DNA of 64,000 nucleotides from a bacterium (GCA_037138855.1 JBAXHO010000001.1:6105-70104), one strand, 5' to 3'. Counted from the first letter of the stretch, positions 48,174 to 58,634 are shown. Notes: generated by a model from the sequence alone, not told the origin. Program-made: numbers and translations.

Positions 48174-50540
48174 TTAGTTTTCATTTCCCTCAGTAAACTG
48201 TGTTTCTCTGATATTCTGAATATTGGAATAGCTGAGTAAGTCCCCGAAGAGATACATGTATTTCGTACCATCATAATAAAATGCTTCTGCTGGAGCTAGG
48301 GCATTTTTTTCTCCGGTTAGATTACGTCCAAATCCTGAGATAATTGGTGCTGGATTAGTGAGGGTAGTTATGTTGGCATTGACGATTAAGCCACCTTTTA
48401 AGAATAAGCCATCATTTTGTGTATCGTTAGGAATATTAATATTAGCTGTAATTATAAAAGCCTGAACCTGGTCATAGTTTGCATTAGAAGTACCGTTTGT
48501 TTTATTTGTGCCTTCGTTAATTGTCGTGGTGTCGCTTACTACAAACAAACAGGCACTAGAAGAGTTGTCAGTAAAATCCGGGTTGATGATAAGTTGATTA
48601 ACAAGAAAAATTGTTTTAGAGTTGCAACTTGAATTGGATTCAAGCGTAAGCTCTGGAATTGATACGACAAAGGGATTAGCATTATTGTAACCACTACAAA
48701 TTGAACTTAGTAAGTCAGCCGAATTGACATTTAAGGTCTGATTATCCAGAGTAGAACAAAAAGTATTTTGAGAGGTGGCTTTGGCTTTGACTGTAGTATT
48801 AAAATATTCAATCCAGGAATTGGTATTACTATTGCGGGTTTTGTAGTTCAAATCTGTATAAGACTGATTGGTATAACTATTGACAGACATGGGTAAACTT
48901 TTGGAAGTGATAGTAGACAATCCTGTATAAGTAGATAAGAAAGCTGGTTGATCAGCAAGTGAAGGAATATTTGTATTTGTTGTGATTTTACTTGGCGCCT
49001 TCACTCCTAGTAAAAAGTCAAAACTATTACTAAATGCCTCACCATTCATGGTCATCAGCCAAGGGTCGCTCATTTGATTGAGAGAAACTGAGGTAGCATG
49101 AATATTACAGGCCTGGTCTTTGACACTCCAGTCGATCCGGAGTGAGCTATAGCTACTCCCTTCAGAAATCGAATAATTTTTTGAAGTGGTACTGGTGATC
49201 TGGGAAAAGAAGTCTGATTTAGGTGTGGTCTGATTATCTAAAGTGAAGGTATGAGATTGACCATCGCTGGAGATGGTGGAATTAGCTGTAACTCCATTAG
49301 CGGTTCCGGTAGTAGTTCCGGAAATAATGCTATTTACTTCATCCGAAATTGTGAAATTCACTGTGAAACCTGAAGTTGAGGCATTAGTAATCCCGAGATT
49401 AATTGCTGGATCTGTGAGATCTACTCGCCAGAGAGTGGGATTACTTTGATCCCAGGAATATGCCCCCTTTTTATCTGCAGCAACTGTATATACTGTGAGT
49501 GGATCTTGATCAAAGATATTAGTTCCATTATCGAGGAATCCTACTTTCCAGGTTAATTTCACTTGGGTTCCGGAGACATCCTGGTTGGCCATGAGCATTA
49601 CCCAAGATGTAAAGTTACTATTACCTTCCACTACGTTTCCATTTGTTGGGTCAATCGTGCAGATTGATTGGGCACCATTATTTTTATCGGTGCAGATAGC
49701 TCTATTTGGAATGATATCTGCAAGACTAGAAGTAAAAGTTTCTGGAGCGGTATAATATAAATATTGGTAACTGCCCGGTCCGTTTTTTTTGACACGGATA
49801 TAGGCACCACCTTCTGCTCTGGTATTCCAGCCCAGTGCAGGCTCTGGTGATATCCAGAAGCCCATGCGGTCTAAGTCAGTATTGCCATCAGCATCATTAT
49901 GATATGTGATGACAGTGAGTGGATTATTGGCAGGATTGGTTTGACTTGTACTCAGTATATTAGCGTTACTTCCGCTATTCGTTGCCAGTTTACCTGACCA
50001 GTTAGGAAAACCGGAACTACAAGTCGAAGTATTGGTTATTTCTGAAGTAGAATCGGGTACATTATCGATAGGCACCGGAGTATAAGTAGGTCCAGGAGGA
50101 CTGGTCGGCCCTGGAATAGTAGGCGTAGGGCTAGGACTAGGCCACATGCAATAGCCATAATTCATCACTGGATTACATACGCGTTTTGTAGGTAACGAAC
50201 AACATCGTGCAGTAAAAATTGCATTTACTTCAGGAACATTTCCGGCAATGAACATTTGGCAATAGGGGGATGGATCATGCTGAAAAGTATCCCCACAATA
50301 TCCTAGAGAGTCTAGGGGGCAACTAACATGATTCCAACTATGTGTGACTGAACAGTATGAATAATTCCATGGATCACAGTAGCCACCACCGAACCAATCA
50401 TCATGATTAGTTCGATAACCTGCCAAAGGGTCCCAACCATGTACTATTTGGGTTTGCATAGTGAATAAGCCCATTAGTATTATAAATGCAAAAATAAAAA
50501 GTTTTGTTTTTAATTTGTTTTTTACCAACAATTGTTGCAT
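48174..50540 (-). CDS. Large secreted protein with a Cys-rich N-terminus and Ig-like regions
   Basis: Signal peptide, Cys-rich N-terminal region, Pro/Thr linker, beta-rich body. Confidence 0.85.
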   Translation of the reverse strand: MQQLLVKNKLKTKLFIFAFIILMGLFTMQTQIVHGWDPLAGYRTNHDDWFGGGYCDPWNYSYCSVTHSWNHVSCPLDSLGYCGDTFQHDPSPYCQMFIAGNVPEVNAIFTARCCSLPTKRVCNPVMNYGYCMWPSPSPTPTIPGPTSPPGPTYTPVPIDNVPDSTSEITNTSTCSSGFPNWSGKLATNSGSNANILSTSQTNPANNPLTVITYHNDADGNTDLDRMGFWISPEPALGWNTRAEGGAYIRVKKNGPGSYQYLYYTAPETFTSSLADIIPNRAICTDKNNGAQSICTIDPTNGNVVEGNSNFTSWVMLMANQDVSGTQVKLTWKVGFLDNGTNIFDQDPLTVYTVAADKKGAYSWDQSNPTLWRVDLTDPAINLGITNASTSGFTVNFTISDEVNSIISGTTTGTANGVTANSTISSDGQSHTFTLDNQTTPKSDFFSQITSTTSKNYSISEGSSYSSLRIDWSVKDQACNIHATSVSLNQMSDPWLMTMNGEAFSNSFDFLLGVKAPSKITTNTNIPSLADQPAFLSTYTGLSTITSKSLPMSVNSYTNQSYTDLNYKTRNSNTNSWIEYFNTTVKAKATSQNTFCSTLDNQTLNVNSADLLSSICSGYNNANPFVVSIPELTLESNSSCNSKTIFLVNQLIINPDFTDNSSSACLFVVSDTTTINEGTNKTNGTSNANYDQVQAFIITANINIPNDTQNDGLFLKGGLIVNANITTLTNPAPIISGFGRNLTGEKNALAPAEAFYYDGTKYMYLFGDLLSYSNIQNIRETQFTEGNEN

Positions 50541-50546
50541 GTATTC

Positions 50547-51485
50547 TTATTCTAAAATCGAAAAATAATAGTTTTGAAAATTAAATAGCTGGTTCTGTTC
50601 GTCAGCACAGCGTAATTTTTTATCCAATTGAACCATTTCAGTTTTATTATATTCATTAAAAATACTAAAAGTGACTAAAGTGACTTGATTATTATCGAGA
50701 TATGTAGTTTGAAGCATGGCCACGATATTTTGAAAAAGTAATTTGCAATAAGAACAAGAAAAATCTATAAAAACTATAATATAATTAGTATTACTATTAC
50801 CTTGAGTAATACCACCGGTAATAGTAATTGGTTTTATTGGATAACCTTGTTGAAATTTCGCCTCGATTTCAGCCATTTGAGTTGTCAATTGTTGTTGCTG
50901 AGTTGCTTCATTAGAGAATTCACTTTGGCGGGAAATGATATCTTTATTAATTTCATTCTCAATTCCTTTCAGCTGAGAGGCAATCCAAAGGTCGTGGGTT
51001 TTGGTGATGTTGTTTTGGGTGAGATAATTCAGGATTGTTTTCAATTCTTTTGCTTGTGTCGACTCAGGTACTTCAAAGCCTTCTAGTTTGTCGCCATTTT
51101 TTTTGGCGATAAAGACAGAAGGAGAAAATCCGACCTTATTGTCCTGGTAGCTTTTTTCGGCAGCGGCGATTTGGCTGGTAAAATCCTGCGTTTGTAGACA
51201 TTTATCAAATTGAGTTTTATCGATTTGTGATTTATCCAGATAGAGATTGGTACATTGATCAGACAATGGGTTACTTGGCTGACAGCCATAATTATCTAAT
51301 ACCACTTGTTCAATAACGGGAATAGCAATTGTTGGAGCTGGCGTAACATTAATTAAGCTAGTAGAGTTATTATTCTCGGAATCCGGGTTAGTTTTGAATC
51401 TCATTACAATTATCACGAAAATAAGTCCAGCGAAAATCCCAATCAGGAAAGAAGCAAGTAATATAATTGGAAGTTTTTGCTTCAT
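50547..51485 (-). CDS. Membrane-anchored DsbA-like thioredoxin, circularly permuted
   Basis: DFSCSYC active site near the C-terminus; FDKCL...VGFSPSVFI lies before it; ATG at 51485. Confidence 0.8.
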   Translation of the reverse strand: MKQKLPIILLASFLIGIFAGLIFVIIVMRFKTNPDSENNNSTSLINVTPAPTIAIPVIEQVVLDNYGCQPSNPLSDQCTNLYLDKSQIDKTQFDKCLQTQDFTSQIAAAEKSYQDNKVGFSPSVFIAKKNGDKLEGFEVPESTQAKELKTILNYLTQNNITKTHDLWIASQLKGIENEINKDIISRQSEFSNEATQQQQLTTQMAEIEAKFQQGYPIKPITITGGITQGNSNTNYIIVFIDFSCSYCKLLFQNIVAMLQTTYLDNNQVTLVTFSIFNEYNKTEMVQLDKKLRCADEQNQLFNFQNYYFSILE

Positions 51486-51650
51486 AATTAAAGTAAGAAA
51501 AATCAACAAGAAGTGAATATATTTATATATTACATAAATTCTAAAAGTTTGTCGAAGAAAATTAAATTAAGATCGGTGTTCTACATTCGGTAATCGGTGA
51601 TCGGTGAACGGAAGATAGAATAGCACAATAGATTAGGAGTTTAGCACTCA

Positions 51651-52292
51651 TTAATTTCGATTTTGCTTTTGGATAAAGTGTGACAGTAGTAGGCCACAAA
51701 TCAAGCCAGTACCGTGGGCTACTAGGTATGGATAATTATGTGTTACTAACATGGAAATAAGAAAACTAATGATAATACCAATTCCCAATACGCGTTGCCG
51801 ATAGGTTCTTAATATCTGGGGAATCAATAAATAAATACCCATTAAGCCAAATCCTACATTGGAAAGTCCAATATCCTGATAATTTCTCAATTGAAAAAGT
51901 TGATATAAAACTAAATATTCTACTAAGATTGTAATGATATTGTAGATCATGATTGTAAAGAGCAGCTTTTTGCTGCCCAAACAATATTCATACCAGAAAA
52001 AGAAGGGCACCATGAGTAAAATCCCTGGTAACATTGCTGGGTCTCTCACAGCTAGAAGCATTGTAAAATGCCGATAAAGTAGACTGAGATCAATTTGATT
52101 AAAAATTATTCCAAATTTGGTGATAACTGTTTCACTATGATTAAAGTTATATAAAGTACCAGAATAGGCATTGATAATCATAATACCAAGGAAAATACAG
52201 CAGGAAAGAGGCATTTTGAAAATCAGCTGTTTAAAATAACTAATTTGTTTTGTAATGTTCATGATAGAAATAATTTTAGCATTAAAGAGCAA
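51651..52292 (-). CDS. Rhomboid-like intramembrane protein
   Basis: About 6 TM helices, DIGLSN (GxS) and AHGTG (His). Confidence 0.65.
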   Translation of the reverse strand: MLFNAKIISIMNITKQISYFKQLIFKMPLSCCIFLGIMIINAYSGTLYNFNHSETVITKFGIIFNQIDLSLLYRHFTMLLAVRDPAMLPGILLMVPFFFWYEYCLGSKKLLFTIMIYNIITILVEYLVLYQLFQLRNYQDIGLSNVGFGLMGIYLLIPQILRTYRQRVLGIGIIISFLISMLVTHNYPYLVAHGTGLICGLLLSHFIQKQNRN

Positions 52293-52624
52293 GTAATAAA
52301 TAGTAGTCTTACAACTCTGAGTTGAAAATAAATCTTTTAAATTTAAGAAGATCGCCAGCAGAGATCCAAATTAAATAATATCCTATAATTGTTAAAGCAA
52401 AATGATATCAAAAAATATTAATTATGTAAAAATGCTTTAACGATTTTGAACTTACTGCCTCATATATTCAGCTGATATTGTAAATCTGGATTTTATAACA
52501 ATAATTCGTATCTTTATTCATTTTAATTTGATAAATATTTGTGACTTGTAATATCCTTTTTCTTACTAACTATTTTTATCCTATAATTATCCTTTTTTTC
52601 TTTAATTTGTGATATAATAGGCAG

Positions 52625-53128
52625 ATGAGTACAATTTTACCAGTTACAATTTATCGTCAAAGTATTGCTGCTGATCGTGAGCAGATTAACTATTTAATGG
52701 AGAAATTATTAGTTCATCTTGCTAAGATTAGCCCGACACGAAAAGATAAGCCAGAGGATGGCTTTACTGATATTTATCATGATAGAGTGATCAAATTGGT
52801 GCAGCAAAAAAAAGCGAATATTCTGGTAGCTGAACAAGAAGGAGTAGTTGTCGGCTTTGGTTTCGGTGTGATCAAAGAGCACAATATTGAAGCACTTCAG
52901 GAATTCAAAGATCTTAAATCAGGCTTAATTACTGATCTTTATGTAGACTGTAATTACCGTGGTCAGGGGATTGGCCGGGAATTAGTGAAGCAATTTATGG
53001 CATATTTTAAAGCAAATGGCTGTCATCAGGCAGAGATTTATGTCTTACATGCTAATGATCAGGCGCATGAACTATATAAACGTCTTGGCTTCAAGGATGA
53101 GCTTTCGGAAATGTGTATTCCTCTCTAA
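52625..53128 (+). CDS. GNAT acetyltransferase
   Basis: DLYVDCNYRGQGIG, N..A..LYKRLGF. Confidence 0.9.
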   Translation: MSTILPVTIYRQSIAADREQINYLMEKLLVHLAKISPTRKDKPEDGFTDIYHDRVIKLVQQKKANILVAEQEGVVVGFGFGVIKEHNIEALQEFKDLKSGLITDLYVDCNYRGQGIGRELVKQFMAYFKANGCHQAEIYVLHANDQAHELYKRLGFKDELSEMCIPL

Positions 53129-53149
53129 CAAATTTTTCAATCTGTTCTT

Positions 53150-54208
53150 TTATGGTAATGCCACGGTTCCGCTTGGCCCAATTGCTTTATACTCATGAGG
53201 ACACATCCCTTGATCTGGTGTACAGGTAATGGCTACTGATTGTAGTTCGCGGTAAGTAATTGTGTTTTGCTTGGCATTAAATTGAAAATCACCAGCTTCG
53301 GGTAGGCTGATATCCTGGTTGGTAAAGGTATTGAGGAGAATAGTTTTCCCTGGTCCGATTTCATCACAGCCATAGCAGCTAGTTAGTCTGATATCAAGGT
53401 AATTGCCTGCGTAGAGTGTGTCGACAAAGAGACCGCCTTTGTATTTGCCAAGCGGAATTTGTTTATTATTAATACCGGTAACTGCAGTCGTGCCATCGAG
53501 TGGTCGGGAATAAAGTGGGGCACTAGCATCAGTCGCTAGGTTAAATTCAAATATTGTCGTTGTATCCGGATAATCATAAGTACCTGCTTTGCCAAGTGCC
53601 AGACCGAAATAGGCACGTTGGCTAGTTGCATCATAATAAAAGCCGGTGAAATAGATTTCCTGTTTGGTAGCAGCTTGATAAAGCACATGTTTTTCACTCA
53701 ATAAATTGAAATCAGCAGTGTAATTAGCATCATCCGGAATCGTTTGATTGGGTTCATGCATATAGGCAACTTCCTCAATGAAATTTCTGGAAGCATCACT
53801 ATTTTTAAAAAATAATACATATTGTCCCTGATATTTACCGAAATATACTGTTTGTTGGTGTAAGCTGGAGATAGGAGCTTGGTCGACTTTGCTCCAGTTT
53901 AATAATTTATCAGAAAATTGTGCAGTAGGTAGAGTGGTTGGAGTAATATTACTGTTGTTGATTGTAGGTGTCACAATCTCTGTGGGTGTGATAGTGCCAA
54001 AATTAAAAAGATAATCAGGGCCAAGGTTATTTAAAGGATCATGGTTTTTCTGATAATTCTTGAGAATTAATCCAATGCCAATTACTCCGCTACAGCAACA
54101 AAAAAGGATAATAACGATTGTGAGAATGATCAGGAGACTTTTTTTTGTGACTGATTTGCTTTTTAGCGCAGGTGAGGCTGGGACATTAGAATTTGGGGTA
54201 GGATTCAT
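53150..54208 (-). CDS. Membrane-anchored surface protein, paralog 1 of a CxxC/LP-end family
   Basis: TM helix with CCC, YFGKYQG, SCYGC, ends VALP. Confidence 0.85.
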   Translation of the reverse strand: MNPTPNSNVPASPALKSKSVTKKSLLIILTIVIILFCCCSGVIGIGLILKNYQKNHDPLNNLGPDYLFNFGTITPTEIVTPTINNSNITPTTLPTAQFSDKLLNWSKVDQAPISSLHQQTVYFGKYQGQYVLFFKNSDASRNFIEEVAYMHEPNQTIPDDANYTADFNLLSEKHVLYQAATKQEIYFTGFYYDATSQRAYFGLALGKAGTYDYPDTTTIFEFNLATDASAPLYSRPLDGTTAVTGINNKQIPLGKYKGGLFVDTLYAGNYLDIRLTSCYGCDEIGPGKTILLNTFTNQDISLPEAGDFQFNAKQNTITYRELQSVAITCTPDQGMCPHEYKAIGPSGTVALP

Positions 54209-54402
54209 AATATTTTTTGTAATAGCTGATAAATAAATAGTACAAGTTTTCTTAGCAACTGTAAATTAAAAATCTCTTTGAATTGTCTAGAGAATTCTTT
54301 TGTTTTGGATTTTAATTTTGAAGCTGACAAATTTGTATCACAATACATTGTTGTTTCTGTCTGACCAGTTTATAATAATTTTTTATCTAAATTATTATAA
54401 AT

Positions 54403-55398
54403 GTGATGCTAAAAAGATTTAATGCTTATTTGACATGGCTCGATGAGAATGAAGACCATCGCTCCGTTCGCCTTATCAATCAAATTTTTCCGGTAATAAC
54501 CTGTTTGATTCTCTTTATTGTATTCATGTTTTTTTCGATTATCTTCATTAAGTTTTTAATGAATCCTTTTGCCTCTGATCCGATTGAACTGAAATTGCAT
54601 TTTTCCAGCATGGCGGTAGGATTTTTTCTATATTTTGTCACTGCAGTTGATTATGCTTTGATTGTAGGACGGATGCAGGCTGCCAATCCCGGAATCAAAG
54701 CGCGTTTCGCAATGAATGTTTTTACCTGTATTGGTTGTTTTATAGGAGTTACAGTAGTTTTGTTTCTCTGGGGTTTTGCCAAAGAAGTTTCCTGGTTAAT
54801 TTTGCCACTCCTAATCTTTGCTGGGAGTGTAATGATAAAATTGGCATATGAAGGAAGAGGATATTTTGAAAAATCAAAAAGTGTTCCGTTTTTTATTAGA
54901 ATTCCACTTGCCCGCTTATTAAAAATATTTTTTTACTTCAGTAAACCCTTGACTTTCTGGATTCCAGAATTAGGCAGTCCTAATGTCCAGAAAATGCGGA
55001 TCCGTAACTTGGCAAAATGGGCATTTTTATTACCATTTATTATTGGTCTTGATGATTTTGTCGGTTATATGGGGGCGATGACGATTTATAATGTTTTTTC
55101 TTTACTATTTGGGATTTATTTAGCCGATATTGTGATTGATCTCTTGATTTTTATTTCTCCAAAGTTTACTAAGAAGGTAGTGCAGAGTGCATTACTATCA
55201 TTATTAGCTGCTTTTGCGTTTCTTTATTTAGCTTATAAATCATATTCTGAGTCATATCATCTTTTACATGAGAAATTTAATCTTGAGACAACTACAATTA
55301 TCCTAGGTGCACTTGGTTTTTTTACAATCGTGACAATTGTGGATTTGTTGACATTAATAGTAAGAAGAAAAGCAGGGCATAGTAAAAAATCTGAATAA
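54403..55398 (+). CDS. Polytopic membrane protein (possibly CadD/LysE-superfamily transporter)
   Basis: About 8 TM helices with TAVDY and GLDD motifs; family call tentative. Confidence 0.7.
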   Translation: MMLKRFNAYLTWLDENEDHRSVRLINQIFPVITCLILFIVFMFFSIIFIKFLMNPFASDPIELKLHFSSMAVGFFLYFVTAVDYALIVGRMQAANPGIKARFAMNVFTCIGCFIGVTVVLFLWGFAKEVSWLILPLLIFAGSVMIKLAYEGRGYFEKSKSVPFFIRIPLARLLKIFFYFSKPLTFWIPELGSPNVQKMRIRNLAKWAFLLPFIIGLDDFVGYMGAMTIYNVFSLLFGIYLADIVIDLLIFISPKFTKKVVQSALLSLLAAFAFLYLAYKSYSESYHLLHEKFNLETTTIILGALGFFTIVTIVDLLTLIVRRKAGHSKKSE

Positions 55399-55453
55399 TC
55401 GGTCACGTTTGTTTTAGATCATTCGTTATCGCAGGTCAATATTTTTTTGAGTA

Positions 55454-55886
55454 ATGTTTAAGCTTACCCGGAAGCAACAAAAACTGATAATAGCAGCTGT
55501 CACGGCAGTTGCAATCTGTATTTCTTGGATAATATCCGTGGTATTTGGCGTCACTATTCTGGTTCAGGCGCCTGAAAGCAAAGTGGCAATAATTCCAGAA
55601 GTTACTCAGCAGCTTAGAACGAATCTTGTTGCAACAAAAAGTTTATCTTGCGTATGACACAGTGCAGCCCCAGCGGGATCGTTATCAGCGTTTATTGTTA
55701 TATGTTTATTTACCGAAAAGTGACGGGACCACATTATTTATCAATCAATATTTGGTTGCTGAAGGATTTGCCAGGATTTATGACAAAGTAAAATCCCGTG
55801 AATTAAAAAATTTTCAACAGCTGGAAATGCAGGCGAAAAAGGAGCAAAAAGGTTTATGGCGGGCATGCATACTGAGTAATGAGTAG
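55454..55886 (+). pseudogene. Thermonuclease pseudogene (internal deletion and frameshift)
   Basis: TM-coding 5' ORF joins out of frame to DRYQRLLLYVY...LVAEGFA...GLW; the DGDT/GIDxPE half is missing. Confidence 0.8.
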
Positions 55887-56023
55887 GGAGTATTGAGTAA
55901 TTAGTAATTAGGAGTGATGAGTGAGTTGTAGTGGGAGGGGGGATTTTTGAGAAATTAAGAAACATGATATAAATTTTTTGATATAGATGTTATCATTAAT
56001 ACATTATCTTTTATTTTTTCCTG

Positions 56024-56758
56024 ATGGATAAGAAAGTCATTATAATTATTGTCGTACTGTTGGCAGTTTGCTGCTGTGTTTCGACATTGGGAATTATCGG
56101 ATTTGCTATTGTAGCAAGTAATTCCGACACTAGTACTAGCGGTGGCAGTGTAACCGATACAGTTTTTCCTACTGTAGAGATGAATACAGTTACTTCACTT
56201 TTTGATACATTTGATAGTAATACTTCTAAATGGAATCTTGGTAAAGATGATAGCGAATTTGCTGTTTCTGATGAATATCTCAAAGATGGCAAAATGTTGA
56301 TTGACGTTACTGCTAAACAGGCTGTCGTAGTAAGTGATGAATTACCTTCTCAGGCAATTAAAAATTTCGATTTATCGATTGAGGGCAAACAGCTTTCTGG
56401 TGCTCAAGGTGGTGATTATGCCGTGATCTTCCGCAGATTAAATGGCGATAATTACTATCTTTTTGGAGTCAATGAGGCTTATCAGGAATATACTTTGGCA
56501 GTTAAAAAAGATGGTGAGTGGGTAGATCTGATCGAATGGAAAAAATCATCAGTTATCAATCAAAATGCTGTCAATGTAATCAAAGTATCAGCAGTGGAAA
56601 GTCAATTGACTTTATATATCAATAATCAGCAGGTAAGTACTATTAGTGATTCTTCCATTCTCGAGGGTGGAGCAGTAGGTGTTGCCGGCGAATTGTATGA
56701 TGCCACTGACACAGCATTATTTCAATTTGATAATTTGTTGCTGACTGTGAAAGATTAG
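56024..56758 (+). CDS. Membrane-anchored ConA-like beta-sandwich protein (DUF1080-like)
   Basis: AVCCCVS anchor; LFDTFD...YAVIFR...TLYINNQ...GAVG...FDNL. Confidence 0.8.
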   Translation: MDKKVIIIIVVLLAVCCCVSTLGIIGFAIVASNSDTSTSGGSVTDTVFPTVEMNTVTSLFDTFDSNTSKWNLGKDDSEFAVSDEYLKDGKMLIDVTAKQAVVVSDELPSQAIKNFDLSIEGKQLSGAQGGDYAVIFRRLNGDNYYLFGVNEAYQEYTLAVKKDGEWVDLIEWKKSSVINQNAVNVIKVSAVESQLTLYINNQQVSTISDSSILEGGAVGVAGELYDATDTALFQFDNLLLTVKD

Positions 56759-56871
56759 TAGGATACAAACTGTTTTTATCTTGCGAAGCGAAACAAGCGT
56801 AAGGGTAGCGAGCAAATAGGAAGTAGCAAGTATCATGTAGCATGTAGCAAGTAGAAAAGAGAAATTACGAT

Positions 56872-56904
56872 AAAAAAATGAGCTGCGGGAGCAGCTCTTT
56901 TTTT
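56872..56904 (+). terminator. Intrinsic terminator (repeated motif)
   Basis: GAGCTGC-GGGA-GCAGCTC-TTTTTTT; near-identical copies at 57965-57997 and 58241-58269. Confidence 0.85.
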
Positions 56905-56960
56905 GTGACTATTAACTGGCAATTCTAGTTTGAGGAGATATTAATTTATCATATATTATA

Positions 56961-57947
56961 ATGATGCAAGTTGATCAGCCGATTATGGCAAGTAGTAAAC
57001 AAGTGGAACAAAAGTTGGGGCAAAATGTTGTGAAGGCTACACTTTTGTTGGTGACATTATTGGTTTCCGTAGGAATTGTCGGAGCAGCAGTAGCCTTACA
57101 TTTTCGTAATAAAAATCAGCCAGTCAGTAAACCGGAAATTATTGTGTTAACTAGCCCAACTCCTGCATTAGTGGCTGGAAATTTACAGCCTACAGTCAAG
57201 GTGGCAGAGGCGACTCTCGCAGCGCCGACTACAGCAGCAACAGTTACAGCAGTGACCAAAGATGTGCTTTATCTCGGAAAATATCAGGAGAAACAGGTGC
57301 TGTTTTATGAGCCATATGCCAAAAAAGGTGAAGAACAGCCCGGTCTGAGCTTTGGGGTTGTGTCTGAAAATCAGGGATTTGCTGCTGCCAGAATTGATTT
57401 TGCACAAATTACAGATGCCAAAGCCTTTATGCAATTTACCGATCAAAAACAGTATTCTTATGTCGATTTCTTTATGTTTGATCAACATAACCTTTTCATT
57501 TCAGTTTTGAACACTGCTGATTTTTTGAATGAAAATAAACCAATTAATAATGATATTTACCGTTTTGACTTAACAACTGGCAAGTCGACGCTAGTTCGTT
57601 CCAAATTGATGACTAGCGGTCCAGTCACTTTTGATTCAGCGACAACTGATCAGTATTTAGTCCTGGAGCAATTACCTTGCTGGTATTGTGGTCCGGAGCA
57701 ACCGACTGACATCTTGGTTTATAATATCCAAACCCAAAAAGAAATCAATCTCAGCATGGCTGCCAATATAGTGTTGGACCAAACTAAAGTGAAATATCAA
57801 CTTTATCTAGAAACCACTGAACGCCCAAGTTGTAATACCGATGAATGTAATAATACTTTCTGTGCCCAGCCAGATATCTTCTGTACCTTCATGCAAGAAA
57901 TCGTCTGGAAAGTCGGAGGCGAGGTCAAGGAGCAGAGCTTACCGTGA
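56961..57947 (+). CDS. Membrane-anchored surface protein, paralog 2
   Basis: TM helix, Thr/Ala linker, YLGKYQE, PCWYCGPE, ends QSLP. Confidence 0.85.
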   Translation: MMQVDQPIMASSKQVEQKLGQNVVKATLLLVTLLVSVGIVGAAVALHFRNKNQPVSKPEIIVLTSPTPALVAGNLQPTVKVAEATLAAPTTAATVTAVTKDVLYLGKYQEKQVLFYEPYAKKGEEQPGLSFGVVSENQGFAAARIDFAQITDAKAFMQFTDQKQYSYVDFFMFDQHNLFISVLNTADFLNENKPINNDIYRFDLTTGKSTLVRSKLMTSGPVTFDSATTDQYLVLEQLPCWYCGPEQPTDILVYNIQTQKEINLSMAANIVLDQTKVKYQLYLETTERPSCNTDECNNTFCAQPDIFCTFMQEIVWKVGGEVKEQSLP

Positions 57948-57964
57948 GGGGATTGTTTTCTGGT

Positions 57965-57997
57965 AAAAAAAAGAGCTGCCGGAGCAGCTCTTTTTTT
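57965..57997 (+). terminator. Intrinsic terminator
   Basis: A run-GAGCTGC-CGGA-GCAGCTC-T7. Confidence 0.85.
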
Positions 57998-58035
57998 GAT
58001 AATCATTTAAATATAAACAAAACAGGAATTCTCGG

Positions 58036-58080
58036 CATGATCCGTACGGACAGGTTTCAAACCTGTCCGTACGGATCATG
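58036..58080. repeat. REP-like palindrome, copy 1
   Basis: CATGATCCGTACGGACAGGTTT-C-AAACCTGTCCGTACGGATCATG, perfect 22-bp arms. Confidence 0.9.
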
Positions 58081-58085
58081 GTGTC

Positions 58086-58269
58086 GAAACCAACGAACGT
58101 CCCAGCTGCAATACTGATGAATGTAATAATACTTTCTGTGCCCAGCCAGATATCTTCTGTACCTTCATGCAAGAAATCGTCTGGAAAGTCGGAGGCGAGG
58201 TCAAGGAGCAGAGCTTACCGTGAGGGGATTGTTTTCTGGGAAAAAAAGAGCTGCCGGAGCAGCTCTTTT
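58086..58269 (+). repeat. Direct duplication of the 3' end and terminator of gene 56961-57947 (57810-57994)
   Basis: 57840-57963 and 58116-58239 are identical over 124 bp. Confidence 0.95.
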
Positions 58270-58277
58270 GGATATTA

Positions 58278-58634
58278 TTAAGGCGCAGATAAATTATCTT
58301 GAGTAGGTTTTGGTTTTGCACGTTCTGTTGCTGCTGTATTTGCTTGTCTTGTTTCTACTGCTGGTCTAAACATTTCTCCCCCATACTGTCTAGTTGTTTC
58401 AAAGCATGGACTACCTGGTTGACAATTTGCTGGTAATGGGATTCCGATTGGAGTTGGAGTACTGTTTAGATTACCATTACTTCCACTACCACCACCACCA
58501 TCGCAGCCATTTAATATTGTGCCAGCTACGCCAGTAAATAAGGTAAAAGCTAGTACTCCTCTTGATACTATGTGATAAATTTTAACTTCTATTGGAAGTT
58601 GATCAAAATTAGGGATACCTAAAAATTTCGACAT
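58278..58634 (-). CDS. Putative lipoprotein
   Basis: Hydrophobic stretch ending LNGC, Gly/Ser linker; ATG at 58634. Confidence 0.65.
   Translation of the reverse strand: MSKFLGIPNFDQLPIEVKIYHIVSRGVLAFTLFTGVAGTILNGCDGGGGSGSNGNLNSTPTPIGIPLPANCQPGSPCFETTRQYGGEMFRPAVETRQANTAATERAKPKPTQDNLSAP

Noticed and set aside
57810-58269. Diversity-generating retroelement template/variable repeat pair
   Set aside because: Differences are mostly synonymous third-position changes rather than adenine-specific, and no reverse transcriptase is present in the window.
57803-58321. Four short overlapping ORFs
   Set aside because: By-products of the duplicated gene end read in other frames or strands.
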